This document shows positions 38,003 through 46,712 of a DNA stretch of 64,000 nucleotides, piece by piece (position 1 is the stretch's first letter; every line of letters starts with the position of its first letter). The notes beneath the pieces are model-generated. The model saw only the letters and a program-made list of their open reading frames with translations, ran no database searches and had not been told where the DNA came from. The DNA comes from Desulfosporosinus sp. Lineage in GTDB: Bacteria > Campylobacterota > Campylobacteria > Campylobacterales > Arcobacteraceae. The stretch is from contig DYPS01000002.1 of assembly GCA_020719775.1 (NCBI GenBank), positions 7,837 to 71,836 of the forward strand. The letters run 5' to 3'. Position numbers and translations under genes: made by a program.

Positions 38003-38980
38003 TTAAAACTTAGCAGTTGAACAAGATTCAACTAATTTTTTAATCTCATCAAGATTTTTTGATTTTGGCATATTCCACGGCATTATTATTTTACCTTTTG
38101 CAAACATTGCAATAGCTTCAGGAATATGCTTCATAACACCAATATTTCCTTCACTATATCGTACAAGTTCACCTTCATCTAAGATACCATGTTTTCTAAT
38201 AGACCATTTAAATCCAACTGCATGACGAACAGCAACATTATTCCTAGCAAGTCCTTTTTCAAACGTTTGTAAATGAAGTTTTGTGATTTTTCCAATAGGA
38301 TCAAGCTCTTTTGGACATGCGTCAGCACATTCGTTACATTTTACACAATCCCAAATTCCACTTCCAAGTTCTTGCAATGCTTCGAGTCGTGATTCTGTTG
38401 CAGTATCTCTACTATCAGCATTAAATCTCCAAGCTTTTACAAGCGCAGCTGGTCCTGTGAAATCTTTATTTACCATAACAGCTGGGCATGAATAGAAACA
38501 ACTTCCACATTGAATACAATAATCTGCTTCATCAATTTTTTCATTTTCATGAACCGTTACCGTATTCTCTGCTGTAGGATGTTCATCAATATTTGCTACT
38601 AAATATGGCTGTACAGAATCATATTTTTCCCAAAAATTAGATTTATCTATAACCATATCTTTGTAAGCTCTTTTTTTATCTTGAGGATCAATTACAAGTT
38701 CTTCACCAAAGATAGCTACCAAATCATGTACTCTATCCTTACAAGCTAATGTTGCTTTACCATTTACTTTAACTGCACAACTACCACATATTCCATGTCT
38801 ACAACTTCTTCTATAAGAAAAACTTCCATCGTGTTCCCACTTGATTCTATTCATAACATCAAGAACTAGTTCATCTTGGCTAACCTCCATAACAAAAGTA
38901 TCATAATAAGGTAAATAATCAGTTTCTTTGTTAAATCTGAAAGCTTTTATTGTTAATTGTTTTGTTTCTTTGCTCATCAT
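38003..38980 (-). CDS. sdhB: succinate dehydrogenase/fumarate reductase iron-sulfur subunit
   Basis: CRHGICGSCAVKVNG (2Fe-2S) plus CIQCGSCFYSCP and CVKCNECADACP cluster motifs. Confidence 0.9.
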   Translation of the reverse strand: MMSKETKQLTIKAFRFNKETDYLPYYDTFVMEVSQDELVLDVMNRIKWEHDGSFSYRRSCRHGICGSCAVKVNGKATLACKDRVHDLVAIFGEELVIDPQDKKRAYKDMVIDKSNFWEKYDSVQPYLVANIDEHPTAENTVTVHENEKIDEADYCIQCGSCFYSCPAVMVNKDFTGPAALVKAWRFNADSRDTATESRLEALQELGSGIWDCVKCNECADACPKELDPIGKITKLHLQTFEKGLARNNVAVRHAVGFKWSIRKHGILDEGELVRYSEGNIGVMKHIPEAIAMFAKGKIIMPWNMPKSKNLDEIKKLVESCSTAKF

Positions 38981-38986
38981 AAACTC

Positions 38987-40705
38987 CTAATATGTTCTTG
39001 CCGCTAATTCGTGATAACCTAAAACTACATCCATATATTCAGTAGTTAAATCTCCATTTTGATCCATATAACTCATTGTATGTTTTAAGAAGTTTTCATC
39101 GTCTCTTGTTTGATATTCTTCTCTATAATGAGCTCCACGACTCTCTTTTCTAAGAATTGCACCTTCAACAATAAATGCAGAGAAGTCTAGCATATGACTA
39201 AGCTCAACAGCTTCTTGTAAATCAGTATTGTATATTTTTGACTTATCATCAATTCTTATATTTTGGAATCTTCTTTTTAATTCTTTAAGTTTTTCTTGTT
39301 GAACTAAAAGTGATTTTTCTGTTCTAAATACGCCTGCATTTTCAGTCATAGATTGTTGCAATTCTTCTCTCAAAAGAGGGGTTCTTTCATTTCCATTTGA
39401 TGTTCTAATTTTTTCAATTCTATCAATTACTGGTTGAGCATCACTAGATTTTGCATCTTTAAATTGGATAAGATTATTTTTTAAATCTTTTACAATATTT
39501 TCACCAACATGTCTTCCAAAGAAAAGGGCTTCCAAAACACTATTTGCCCCTAATCTATTTGCACCATGAACACTGACACAAGCACATTCTCCAGCTGCAT
39601 AAAATCCATCAACTAAAGTTTTTGTATCCTTTCTTACATGTCCATTAATATCGACAGGAATTCCACCCATACTATAGTGCGCAGTTGCTGCGATACTAAT
39701 AGGCTCTTTTATCATATCTTGTCCCAAGAATGTGATAGCTAAATCTCTTAATTCTGGAAGTTTTGACATAATCAACTCTTTACCAAGATGTGTTAAATCA
39801 ATTAAAACATGATCTTTATCAGCGCCACAACCTCTTCCTTCTAAAATTTCTTGAGTAATTGCTCTACTTACAACATCCCTTGAAGCTAATTCCAATTTAT
39901 TTGGAGCATACTTCTCCATAAATCTTTCCCCGAGTGAGTTGTACAAAATACCACCCTCACCCCTTGCCGCTTCAGAGATAAGTACTCCACTTCCAGCTAT
40001 TCCAGTTGGATGAAATTGAACAAATTCCATATCTTCAAGCGGAAGCCCATGACGGGCAACTATTCCAAGTGCATCACCTGTATTTGCATGTGCATTTGAG
40101 TTGATTTTAAATGCTCTTCCGTATCCACCAGTAGCGAACATTACAGCTTTTGCATTAAAAATCATAGGTGTGCTATCAACTAAATTATAAGCAAAAACAC
40201 CATTTACTTTTCCATCTTTATAGATAATATCAGCTACATAATATTCATCTTTAAATTCTACACCATCTCTATGTGCTTGCTCATAAATAGTTTGTAGAAG
40301 TGTTAAACCAGTTCTATCTTTTGCATAACAGGCTCGTGGTTTACTTTGTCCACCAAATGGTCTTTGAGCAATTTTACCCTCTTCGTTTCTAGAAAATACA
40401 GCCCCCATTCGCTCTGCCCATCTAATAGTTTCAGGAGCTTTAGAGCACATAAGTCGAATTGCATCTTGATCACCTAAATAATCACTACCTTTAACTGTAT
40501 CAAATTCATGAAGTTCTATGCTATCTTCTGCACTTAAAGCAGCATTAATCCCACCTTGTGCGGCTCCACTATGACTTCTTAATGGATGCAGTTTAGTAAG
40601 CACACAGACACTAAGTCCAGCACCTCTAGCTTCTCTAGCAGCAGCACAACCAGCAAGTCCAGCACCAACTATAACAACATCATATTTATGTATAGCAATA
40701 CTCAT
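38987..40705 (-). CDS. sdhA: succinate dehydrogenase/fumarate reductase flavoprotein subunit
   Basis: [14 protein letters not shown] dinucleotide fold, [10 protein letters not shown] (covalent FAD His), HPTG and RGAHYRE. No twin-arginine signal at the N-terminus. Confidence 0.93.
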   Translation of the reverse strand: MSIAIHKYDVVIVGAGLAGCAAAREARGAGLSVCVLTKLHPLRSHSGAAQGGINAALSAEDSIELHEFDTVKGSDYLGDQDAIRLMCSKAPETIRWAERMGAVFSRNEEGKIAQRPFGGQSKPRACYAKDRTGLTLLQTIYEQAHRDGVEFKDEYYVADIIYKDGKVNGVFAYNLVDSTPMIFNAKAVMFATGGYGRAFKINSNAHANTGDALGIVARHGLPLEDMEFVQFHPTGIAGSGVLISEAARGEGGILYNSLGERFMEKYAPNKLELASRDVVSRAITQEILEGRGCGADKDHVLIDLTHLGKELIMSKLPELRDLAITFLGQDMIKEPISIAATAHYSMGGIPVDINGHVRKDTKTLVDGFYAAGECACVSVHGANRLGANSVLEALFFGRHVGENIVKDLKNNLIQFKDAKSSDAQPVIDRIEKIRTSNGNERTPLLREELQQSMTENAGVFRTEKSLLVQQEKLKELKRRFQNIRIDDKSKIYNTDLQEAVELSHMLDFSAFIVEGAILRKESRGAHYREEYQTRDDENFLKHTMSYMDQNGDLTTEYMDVVLGYHELAARTY

Positions 40706-40930
40706 CTAATTTCCTTGAATTATAATTTTCTTTAATGCTAACACAAAAAAAATAAATTTTTTTATGTTAGCATCATTAAAAATCTAAAAATAATTTATTT
40801 GTTACAAATTGAAGCAATACAATAGATAATTCTTTTAAAATAAATTAGTTTTAAATTTTACTTAACACAATAATGAATAATTTAAAGAAAAATAAACTTG
40901 ATTTAATAATATTGTTATTAAAATACACGA

Positions 40931-42055
40931 ATGGAAAAACAAACTATACTCAAGCAAGTTATTATTAGAAAATTTATACTTTCTACTATAATCCCATCTT
41001 TTTTACTAGCAATTGTATTGATTTATATGCTTATAAATCTTAAAGAAAATTCAATTAAAGAAACTCATGCAAATTTTCTTACAGCGATAGACAAACATAT
41101 AAAATCATTTTATGAAGATAAACTTATTTTAGTAGAGACGACAATCAAAGAAGCCAACAAAAATGATAAGTATCTCTTTGAAAATATCTTAAAACTAAAT
41201 AGTTCTATCTCATCAATTATTGCTCTTGATTCAAAAGGAAAAATAAAGAAAATCTATTCTTATCAAAATTCTTTTATAGATAAGAAAATTGACTTTAAAA
41301 AACAAATCAATCTAGACTCATTCTTGAAAACAAAACAAAGTTTTTTTGGAAATACTTATTCTTTTAGTGATAAATCGACAAATTTTTTTCTCCCTTATGT
41401 TTTTGAATCAAAAGGAACCATTTATATCATTAATATAGACGTAGATTATTTTAGTAGCTATATCAAGTCTCTTTTGAAAAACAACTCATCTATTGCTGTG
41501 TTTCTTGTTGATAAAAATAACCTTTGCATTGTCAATTCCTTCGAAGAAGAAAGACTTTCCCCTTATACACTAGCTACTTCTAAAGCTATTCTTAAAAACA
41601 ATCAATACGAACTAATTAAATTTTCCGATAAAAACAAGACTTATAGAATAACTTATACAAATCAACAAGAGATAGGATGGAAAATTGTTGTTAAAGACAC
41701 TTATGATCAAGTGTTAAGCTACATCCAAAATATCCTATTTTTTACCATAGGGTTCATGTTGATATTATTAATAACTACAATACTTATAGTTAAAAGGTTT
41801 GTTCGAAATATTATTGAGCCTGTTGAATCCTTAATACTTGAAATAGAAGATTTTACACATAATATAGAATATTTTGAGCCTACCAATATAATAAAAAGTA
41901 AATATCATATTTTCAATACTTTGATTGAAAGTTTTGAAACAATGAAAAATGATATCATAGATAGGGAAATGGAACTCAAAGATTTAAATGAACATCTCGA
42001 AGAAAAAACTCTTCAATTAGAAAAACTTCAAGAAAAATTCAATTCTATAAGATAA
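40931..42055 (+). CDS. membrane sensor-like protein: TM, Cache-like periplasmic domain, TM, HAMP-like/coiled coil, with no output domain
   Basis: 374 aa. TM1 FILSTIIPSFLLAIVLIYMLINL, a periplasmic region of about 230 aa with Cache-like alternating beta pattern, and TM2 ILFFTIGFMLILLITTILIV. The cytoplasmic region of about 85 aa ends in heptad-rich MELKDLNEHLEEKTLQLEKLQEKF. Confidence 0.5.
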   Translation: MEKQTILKQVIIRKFILSTIIPSFLLAIVLIYMLINLKENSIKETHANFLTAIDKHIKSFYEDKLILVETTIKEANKNDKYLFENILKLNSSISSIIALDSKGKIKKIYSYQNSFIDKKIDFKKQINLDSFLKTKQSFFGNTYSFSDKSTNFFLPYVFESKGTIYIINIDVDYFSSYIKSLLKNNSSIAVFLVDKNNLCIVNSFEEERLSPYTLATSKAILKNNQYELIKFSDKNKTYRITYTNQQEIGWKIVVKDTYDQVLSYIQNILFFTIGFMLILLITTILIVKRFVRNIIEPVESLILEIEDFTHNIEYFEPTNIIKSKYHIFNTLIESFETMKNDIIDREMELKDLNEHLEEKTLQLEKLQEKFNSIR

Positions 42056-42058
42056 CCA

Positions 42059-42901
42059 ATGAATAAAGAAAATTATTTTATCAATAAGATTGCCTCTAAT
42101 AAATTTATTGGTGACGATGGAGCTGTAGTTTTAGAAAAACTTTCAAAAAAAGAATCCTATGTTTATAGCATGGATGCATTTTTTGAAAATGTTCATTTTA
42201 AAAGAGATTGGCTTACGCTCGAAGAGATTGCTGCAAAATCTATGTTGGTCAATATAAGTGATGCTATTGTCATGAATGCAAAACCGAAATATGCTCTTCT
42301 TAGTGTTGCGATACCAAATGACTTCACAGAAGATGACTTAGATCAACTTGCAAAAGGATTTAAAAAAATAGCAAAAGAATATGGAATTACTATTATTGGT
42401 GGTGATACAATTTCCAATATAAAACTTGATATCTCTATTACTATTATCTCGATAACTACATCGCCAATATACAGAATAGGTGCCAAAATAGGTGATTTAG
42501 TATGTTACACTGGCGACATAGGAAATTCCAAAGAAGATTTAGAAACGCTTTTAAAAGGGAAACAAATACAAAAAGATTCCAAGTTTTTAAGACCAAAATT
42601 AAGTGGAGATTTTTTTTATGATGTTGCTCCATTCATTCATTGTGCTTTAGATATTTCTGATGGATTATTTTTTGAATTAGCAAGATTAAGTAAAGCAAAT
42701 AAAATTGGTTTTGAATTTAATGAAGGGATTCCAAATGCCATTGGATGCAGTGGAGAAGAATATGAAATACTTTTTTCTTTTCCAAAAAAAAATAAAAAGA
42801 AAGTGGAAGCGATAGCTTTAAAACATAATATCAAACTCAATATTTTTGCTAAAGCCATCAAAGGTGAATATACTTGTAAATGCAAAGAACACCACTTTTA
42901 A
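42059..42901 (+). CDS. thiL: thiamine-monophosphate kinase
   Basis: GDDGAV, NISDAIVMNAKP, GGDT and ALDISDGL motifs of the AIR-synthase-related ThiL family; 280 aa. Confidence 0.85.
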   Translation: MNKENYFINKIASNKFIGDDGAVVLEKLSKKESYVYSMDAFFENVHFKRDWLTLEEIAAKSMLVNISDAIVMNAKPKYALLSVAIPNDFTEDDLDQLAKGFKKIAKEYGITIIGGDTISNIKLDISITIISITTSPIYRIGAKIGDLVCYTGDIGNSKEDLETLLKGKQIQKDSKFLRPKLSGDFFYDVAPFIHCALDISDGLFFELARLSKANKIGFEFNEGIPNAIGCSGEEYEILFSFPKKNKKKVEAIALKHNIKLNIFAKAIKGEYTCKCKEHHF

Positions 42902-42952
42902 GACAATTTAGTTATTATTAAGTCGTAATTTAATTATTTGAAAGGATTAATA

Positions 42953-44428
42953 ATGTCAATAAAGCAAAATAAATTTCTCTATCCTTTTCTAATCTTGTCA
43001 TCTCATCTATTGCAAGCATCAAATATAGATATACCGTTAGATTCGCCAATATATCAAGAAGTAGAGAGACTCGAAGTTTTAGGTGAATTAAAAACTCTTA
43101 TAACTACAACCAAACCATACAATACAACAGAGCTATATAACGCAATAAGTGCTATAACCAATCCAAGATATATAGCAGATAAAAATGCATTATTAAGAGA
43201 GATATCCAAATACAAGAAAAATGGGATTGTAGATGTTGATTTAGATCTCACATATGCCAAAAAATCACAAGCAAGTGTAAATCAAAGCGGTAGAACCATA
43301 GATGATAATAGTGCATTTTTTAGCAATCAAGATGGTATTAGACTTGATGATGGTATAAATGTTAAAGCAAGCGGTAGATTTCAATACACGCTAGGAGAAA
43401 ATTTTTCCATACTTACAACACCCATATATGAAAACTCCAACAATCAGCAAGATCTCCAGGTACACGATACATATGCTAGAATGAATATTAGCAATATCAA
43501 CTTAACTATTGGTAGGGAGGCGCTATGGTTTGGCGTTGGTAAGGGCGGAACCATCTTGCTTAGCAATAATGCAAAACCACTTACGATAGCAAGGATATCC
43601 AATATAGAATCATTTGAAATACTTCCTCAAACTACTCCTTGGCTCTCAAATATATTAGGGAAAACGGATGCAGATTTTTTTATAGGTAAGCTAGATAGAT
43701 ATAATAATATTACCAACTTTGATGGTTCAATTTCTAGCGGGTATCCAAAGATATTTGGCTTGCAATTAACATTTAAACCAATGGATAATTTTCAGTGGGG
43801 GGTCTATAGAACTGCACTTTTTGGGGGTGGTACAAGAGATGAGGGGGTAAATGTATTTCTTGATGCTTTATGGCCTTCTGGAGATAAAGATAATATAGCA
43901 TCAAAAGAGCCTGGCGATCAAAAAGGAGGTGCTTTTTTAAAATTAAACATACCAAATACTATTCAACCATTTACTATATATAGTGAAGCTGCTGGTGAAG
44001 ATGCTGCTGGTATGACACCCTATAAATATAGTTTCTTGATCGGTACAACATTAATCGATATTGCAAAAACTAGAGGTTTAAGTGCCACATATGAGTATTT
44101 TAAAACAGATAGTAGTGATGTATGGTACCAACACCATGTTTATCGTGATGGATATACAAATAATGGTATCATCATGGGTCATCCACATGGCGGGCAAGGA
44201 GAAAGTCACTATATTAGTATTACACATCAACCAAATATGGATCAAACCATCTCTTTTGCATATTCTTATGATAAATACAGTAATGATCACATCTCAAATA
44301 GCTTTACTGCAGCATTGAGAAAAAAAATCAATAATAATTATGAATTAAATACAAAATTTGGACATACAAATCCTAAATTTGACAGTGAAAATTACTATAT
44401 TAGTATGGGGATTAAGGTATTGTTTTAA
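42953..44428 (+). CDS. Wzi-family (capsule assembly) outer-membrane beta-barrel protein
   Basis: Signal peptide. Blocks align by eye to E. coli Wzi: LTIGREALWFGVGKGGTILLSNNAKP, KIFGLQLTFKP...ALFGGG, YSEAAGEDAAGMTPY and WYQHHVYRDGYTNNGIIMGHPHGGQGE. It has a C-terminal Phe. ATG 42953 with an AAAGGA RBS is preferred to TTG 42938. Confidence 0.8.
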   Translation: MSIKQNKFLYPFLILSSHLLQASNIDIPLDSPIYQEVERLEVLGELKTLITTTKPYNTTELYNAISAITNPRYIADKNALLREISKYKKNGIVDVDLDLTYAKKSQASVNQSGRTIDDNSAFFSNQDGIRLDDGINVKASGRFQYTLGENFSILTTPIYENSNNQQDLQVHDTYARMNISNINLTIGREALWFGVGKGGTILLSNNAKPLTIARISNIESFEILPQTTPWLSNILGKTDADFFIGKLDRYNNITNFDGSISSGYPKIFGLQLTFKPMDNFQWGVYRTALFGGGTRDEGVNVFLDALWPSGDKDNIASKEPGDQKGGAFLKLNIPNTIQPFTIYSEAAGEDAAGMTPYKYSFLIGTTLIDIAKTRGLSATYEYFKTDSSDVWYQHHVYRDGYTNNGIIMGHPHGGQGESHYISITHQPNMDQTISFAYSYDKYSNDHISNSFTAALRKKINNNYELNTKFGHTNPKFDSENYYISMGIKVLF

Positions 44429-44438
44429 AATCGATAAA

Positions 44439-44522
44439 TGGTACCCGTGGGCGGACTCGAACCGCCAAGCCGTGAAGCGGTTGATTTTGAATCAACTGAG
44501 TTTACCATTTCTCCACACGGGC
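44439..44522 (-). tRNA. tRNA-Leu (anticodon CAA), long variable arm, CCA encoded
   Basis: Reverse complement reads GCCCGTG..GTTGA TTCAAAA TCAAC, a long variable arm, then GGCGG TTCGAGT CCGCC CACGGGT A CCA. Confidence 0.9.
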
Positions 44523-44530
44523 ATATATAA

Positions 44531-44567
44531 ATAAAAAAAGTTTGCCCTAAATAAGAACAAACTTTTT
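44531..44567 (-). terminator. rho-independent terminator after hup
   Basis: Stem AAAGTTTG / CAAACTTT (44537-44544 / 44558-44565), followed on the minus strand by a TTTTTTATT run. It lies 14 nt after the hup stop. Confidence 0.6.
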
Positions 44568-44580
44568 AAAAATTAAAGAA

Positions 44581-44853
44581 TTATTTTACAGAATCTTTTA
44601 AAGATTTTCCAACTTTAAATTTTGCAACTTTAGTTGCAGGAACTTGAACTTCTGCACCAGTTCCAGGAACTCTTGCAGTTCTTGCAGCTCTAGTTGAAAC
44701 AGAGAATGTTCCAAATCCTATAAAAGATACAGAATCACCTTTTGCAAGTACTTCAGTAATTGTTTCTAAAGTTGCATCAAGAGCAAGTCTAGAGTCTTTT
44801 TTTGATAAACCAGTTTTTTCCGCCATAGCATCAATGAATTCAGCTTTATTCAT
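44581..44853 (-). CDS. hup: HU family DNA-binding protein
   Basis: 90 aa. MNKAEFIDAMA..., GFGTFSV and RTARVPGTG arm motifs. Confidence 0.95.
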   Translation of the reverse strand: MNKAEFIDAMAEKTGLSKKDSRLALDATLETITEVLAKGDSVSFIGFGTFSVSTRAARTARVPGTGAEVQVPATKVAKFKVGKSLKDSVK

Positions 44854-44946
44854 ACATAATCCTTTTTATTTAATTGTCAACACTTTATAGTATCAAAGCT
44901 TTATGTTTACTTAATTATTAAAAAATAATACCTTTTTCAGAAATTA

Positions 44947-44955
44947 TGCTATAAT
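44947..44955 (+). promoter_or_regulatory. extended -10 promoter element TGCTATAAT upstream of rsmH
   Basis: Exact TGnTATAAT match about 60 nt upstream of the RBS-supported TTG start of rsmH. Confidence 0.35.
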
Positions 44956-45015
44956 CTTACTATCATACTCATTCATTTGCGTAAAAACTATAAATCCATA
45001 ATCAAAGGAAAAGTA

Positions 45016-45921
45016 TTGGAACAAGTACCACATATTCCTGTTTTAATAAGTGAAGTTGTTGATACTTTTAAAGAAATTCAAGATGGTTATGTGGTTGATT
45101 GTACTTTAGGGTACGGTGGTCATAGTCTTAGTATCTTACAAAATAATCCAAATATTAAAATGATCTGTAATGATCAAGACAATGAAGCATTGACTTTTTC
45201 AAAAAAAAGACTTCACGATTACAATAGTAGAATAGTATTTAATAAATCAAATTTTAGCGAGATTGCAAAAGTTTTTAATGATAAAAAGATTACTGGGATT
45301 CTAGCTGATATTGGAGTTTCATCGTTGCAGTTAGATAAACTAGAACGAGGTTTTGGATTTCAAAGTGAAGTTCTTGATATGAGAATGGATGAAAACAATT
45401 CACTATCGGCTTTTGATGTTGTAAATGGTTATTCACAACATCAATTGGAATATATTTTAAAAGAATATGGGGAAGTAGCTGAATATAAAAAGGTTGCATC
45501 ACTCATAGTACGAAATCGTCCTTTTTCAAGTGCAAAAGAACTCTCGTTGATGCTTGAAAAAAATATGCATAAAGGGAAACTTCATCCAGCCACACTACCT
45601 TTTCAAGCAATTAGGATCGAAGTAAATAATGAGCTCGGTGTTCTTGATGAATTATTTAAATCACTTGAAAAACAAAAATTAAATGACTGTATAATAGCTA
45701 TCATTTCATTTCATTCTCTAGAAGATAGAATAGTAAAAAATTATTTTAAAAAATGGTCACAAAGTTGTATTTGTCCTCAAAATACTTTTAGGTGTGAATG
45801 TGGAAATAATCATAAAAAAGGAAAGATTATAACCAAAAAACCAATTGTGCCAACAAATGAAGAGATAAAACAAAATCCGAGAAGTAGAAGTTCGAAAATG
45901 AGGATATTTAAATTTGATTAA
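45016..45921 (+). CDS. rsmH: 16S rRNA (cytosine1402-N4)-methyltransferase
   Basis: HIPVL, DCTLGYGGHS, ADIGVSS and ISFHSLEDRIVK motifs. The TTG at 45016 has an AGGA RBS 6 nt upstream. The ORF-track TTG at 44977 sits only about 20 nt after the -10 box and has no RBS. Confidence 0.9.
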   Translation: MEQVPHIPVLISEVVDTFKEIQDGYVVDCTLGYGGHSLSILQNNPNIKMICNDQDNEALTFSKKRLHDYNSRIVFNKSNFSEIAKVFNDKKITGILADIGVSSLQLDKLERGFGFQSEVLDMRMDENNSLSAFDVVNGYSQHQLEYILKEYGEVAEYKKVASLIVRNRPFSSAKELSLMLEKNMHKGKLHPATLPFQAIRIEVNNELGVLDELFKSLEKQKLNDCIIAIISFHSLEDRIVKNYFKKWSQSCICPQNTFRCECGNNHKKGKIITKKPIVPTNEEIKQNPRSRSSKMRIFKFD

Positions 45922-46231
45922 AAGGATAAATAAAGAATTAAACAATAGATTTAATTTAAATAAAGAGACCATATTTACTCAAAAAGGCTCTTTTATTGTG
46001 TTGTGTTTGATTTTATGTTTAATTCTTTTTTTATCCATGCCAAAAATTTATTTAAGTAACAACATTTATTATATTAGTAAAAATATCAATCAATTAGATA
46101 CACATTATATGTCACTAAAAGAAGAAAATAAATTTCTTATTCAACAATTAGAAGATGCAAAATTCAAAAATCAAATTACAGATTCTCTCATCATGCAAAA
46201 TATTGATGAAAGTGAAGAGCCAATTAAATAA
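45914..46231 (+). CDS. FtsL-like cell division protein (single TM + leucine-zipper-like coil)
   Basis: 105 aa. TM segment FIVLCLILCLILFLSMP followed by the coiled coil LKEENKFLIQQLEDAKFKNQ. It overlaps the rsmH stop, the usual position of ftsL. Confidence 0.45.
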   Translation: MIKRINKELNNRFNLNKETIFTQKGSFIVLCLILCLILFLSMPKIYLSNNIYYISKNINQLDTHYMSLKEENKFLIQQLEDAKFKNQITDSLIMQNIDESEEPIK

Positions 46232-46243
46232 ACTTTATATTAT

Positions 46244-46687
46244 TTAACGAATTTTTTTCTTTTTTAGATTTGAAATCTTAATAATAGAAGAACCATTATT
46301 TTCTTCAAACTCTTTTTTGTTAAAAACAATAATATCTACCTTATTTTTTACAAATTCAAAAACAAATTTCTTTTTAGTTTCATTTGCGGAAGTTGAATAC
46401 AGTTTACCAAATTTATTTAAAAAATTATAATGTTCCGAACTATGATTAACTACCCTAAATGATTCTTTATTTGGATAAATAAAAGTTATCAGCTTGCTAT
46501 TTCTTACTAATCTTTTATGAATATTTGGGATTCTTGTATTATTTTTTAGTGTAGCAAAACTATCAAGAGTTTGAAGGATTTTTTGTGACTGTGATCTTTT
46601 CTTTATCTTGGAAAGCTTATTAATATCATTAGATAACAAACCTACAGTTGTATCTGTCTGAACTAGATAGATCTTATTTTTATCCAT
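46244..46687 (-). CDS. compact Sua5/YciO/YrdC/TsaC family protein
   Basis: 147 aa. VQTDTTVGLLS (TDT-x-G-L), KKRSQSQKIL (K-x-R...) and YSTSAN (SxN) motifs. It is shorter than the canonical TsaC of about 190 aa. Confidence 0.6.
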   Translation of the reverse strand: MDKNKIYLVQTDTTVGLLSNDINKLSKIKKRSQSQKILQTLDSFATLKNNTRIPNIHKRLVRNSKLITFIYPNKESFRVVNHSSEHYNFLNKFGKLYSTSANETKKKFVFEFVKNKVDIIVFNKKEFEENNGSSIIKISNLKKKKIR

Positions 46688-46712
46688 CTAGTTACCTTAA
46701 AATTTCCAAAAA

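Noticed and set aside
40873-40971. 32-codon upstream ORF (MNNLKKNKLDLIILLLKYTNGK...) overlapping the start of the sensor-like gene out of frame.
   Set aside because: There is no RBS, it is AT-rich, and there is no supporting signal. It is most likely a chance ORF.
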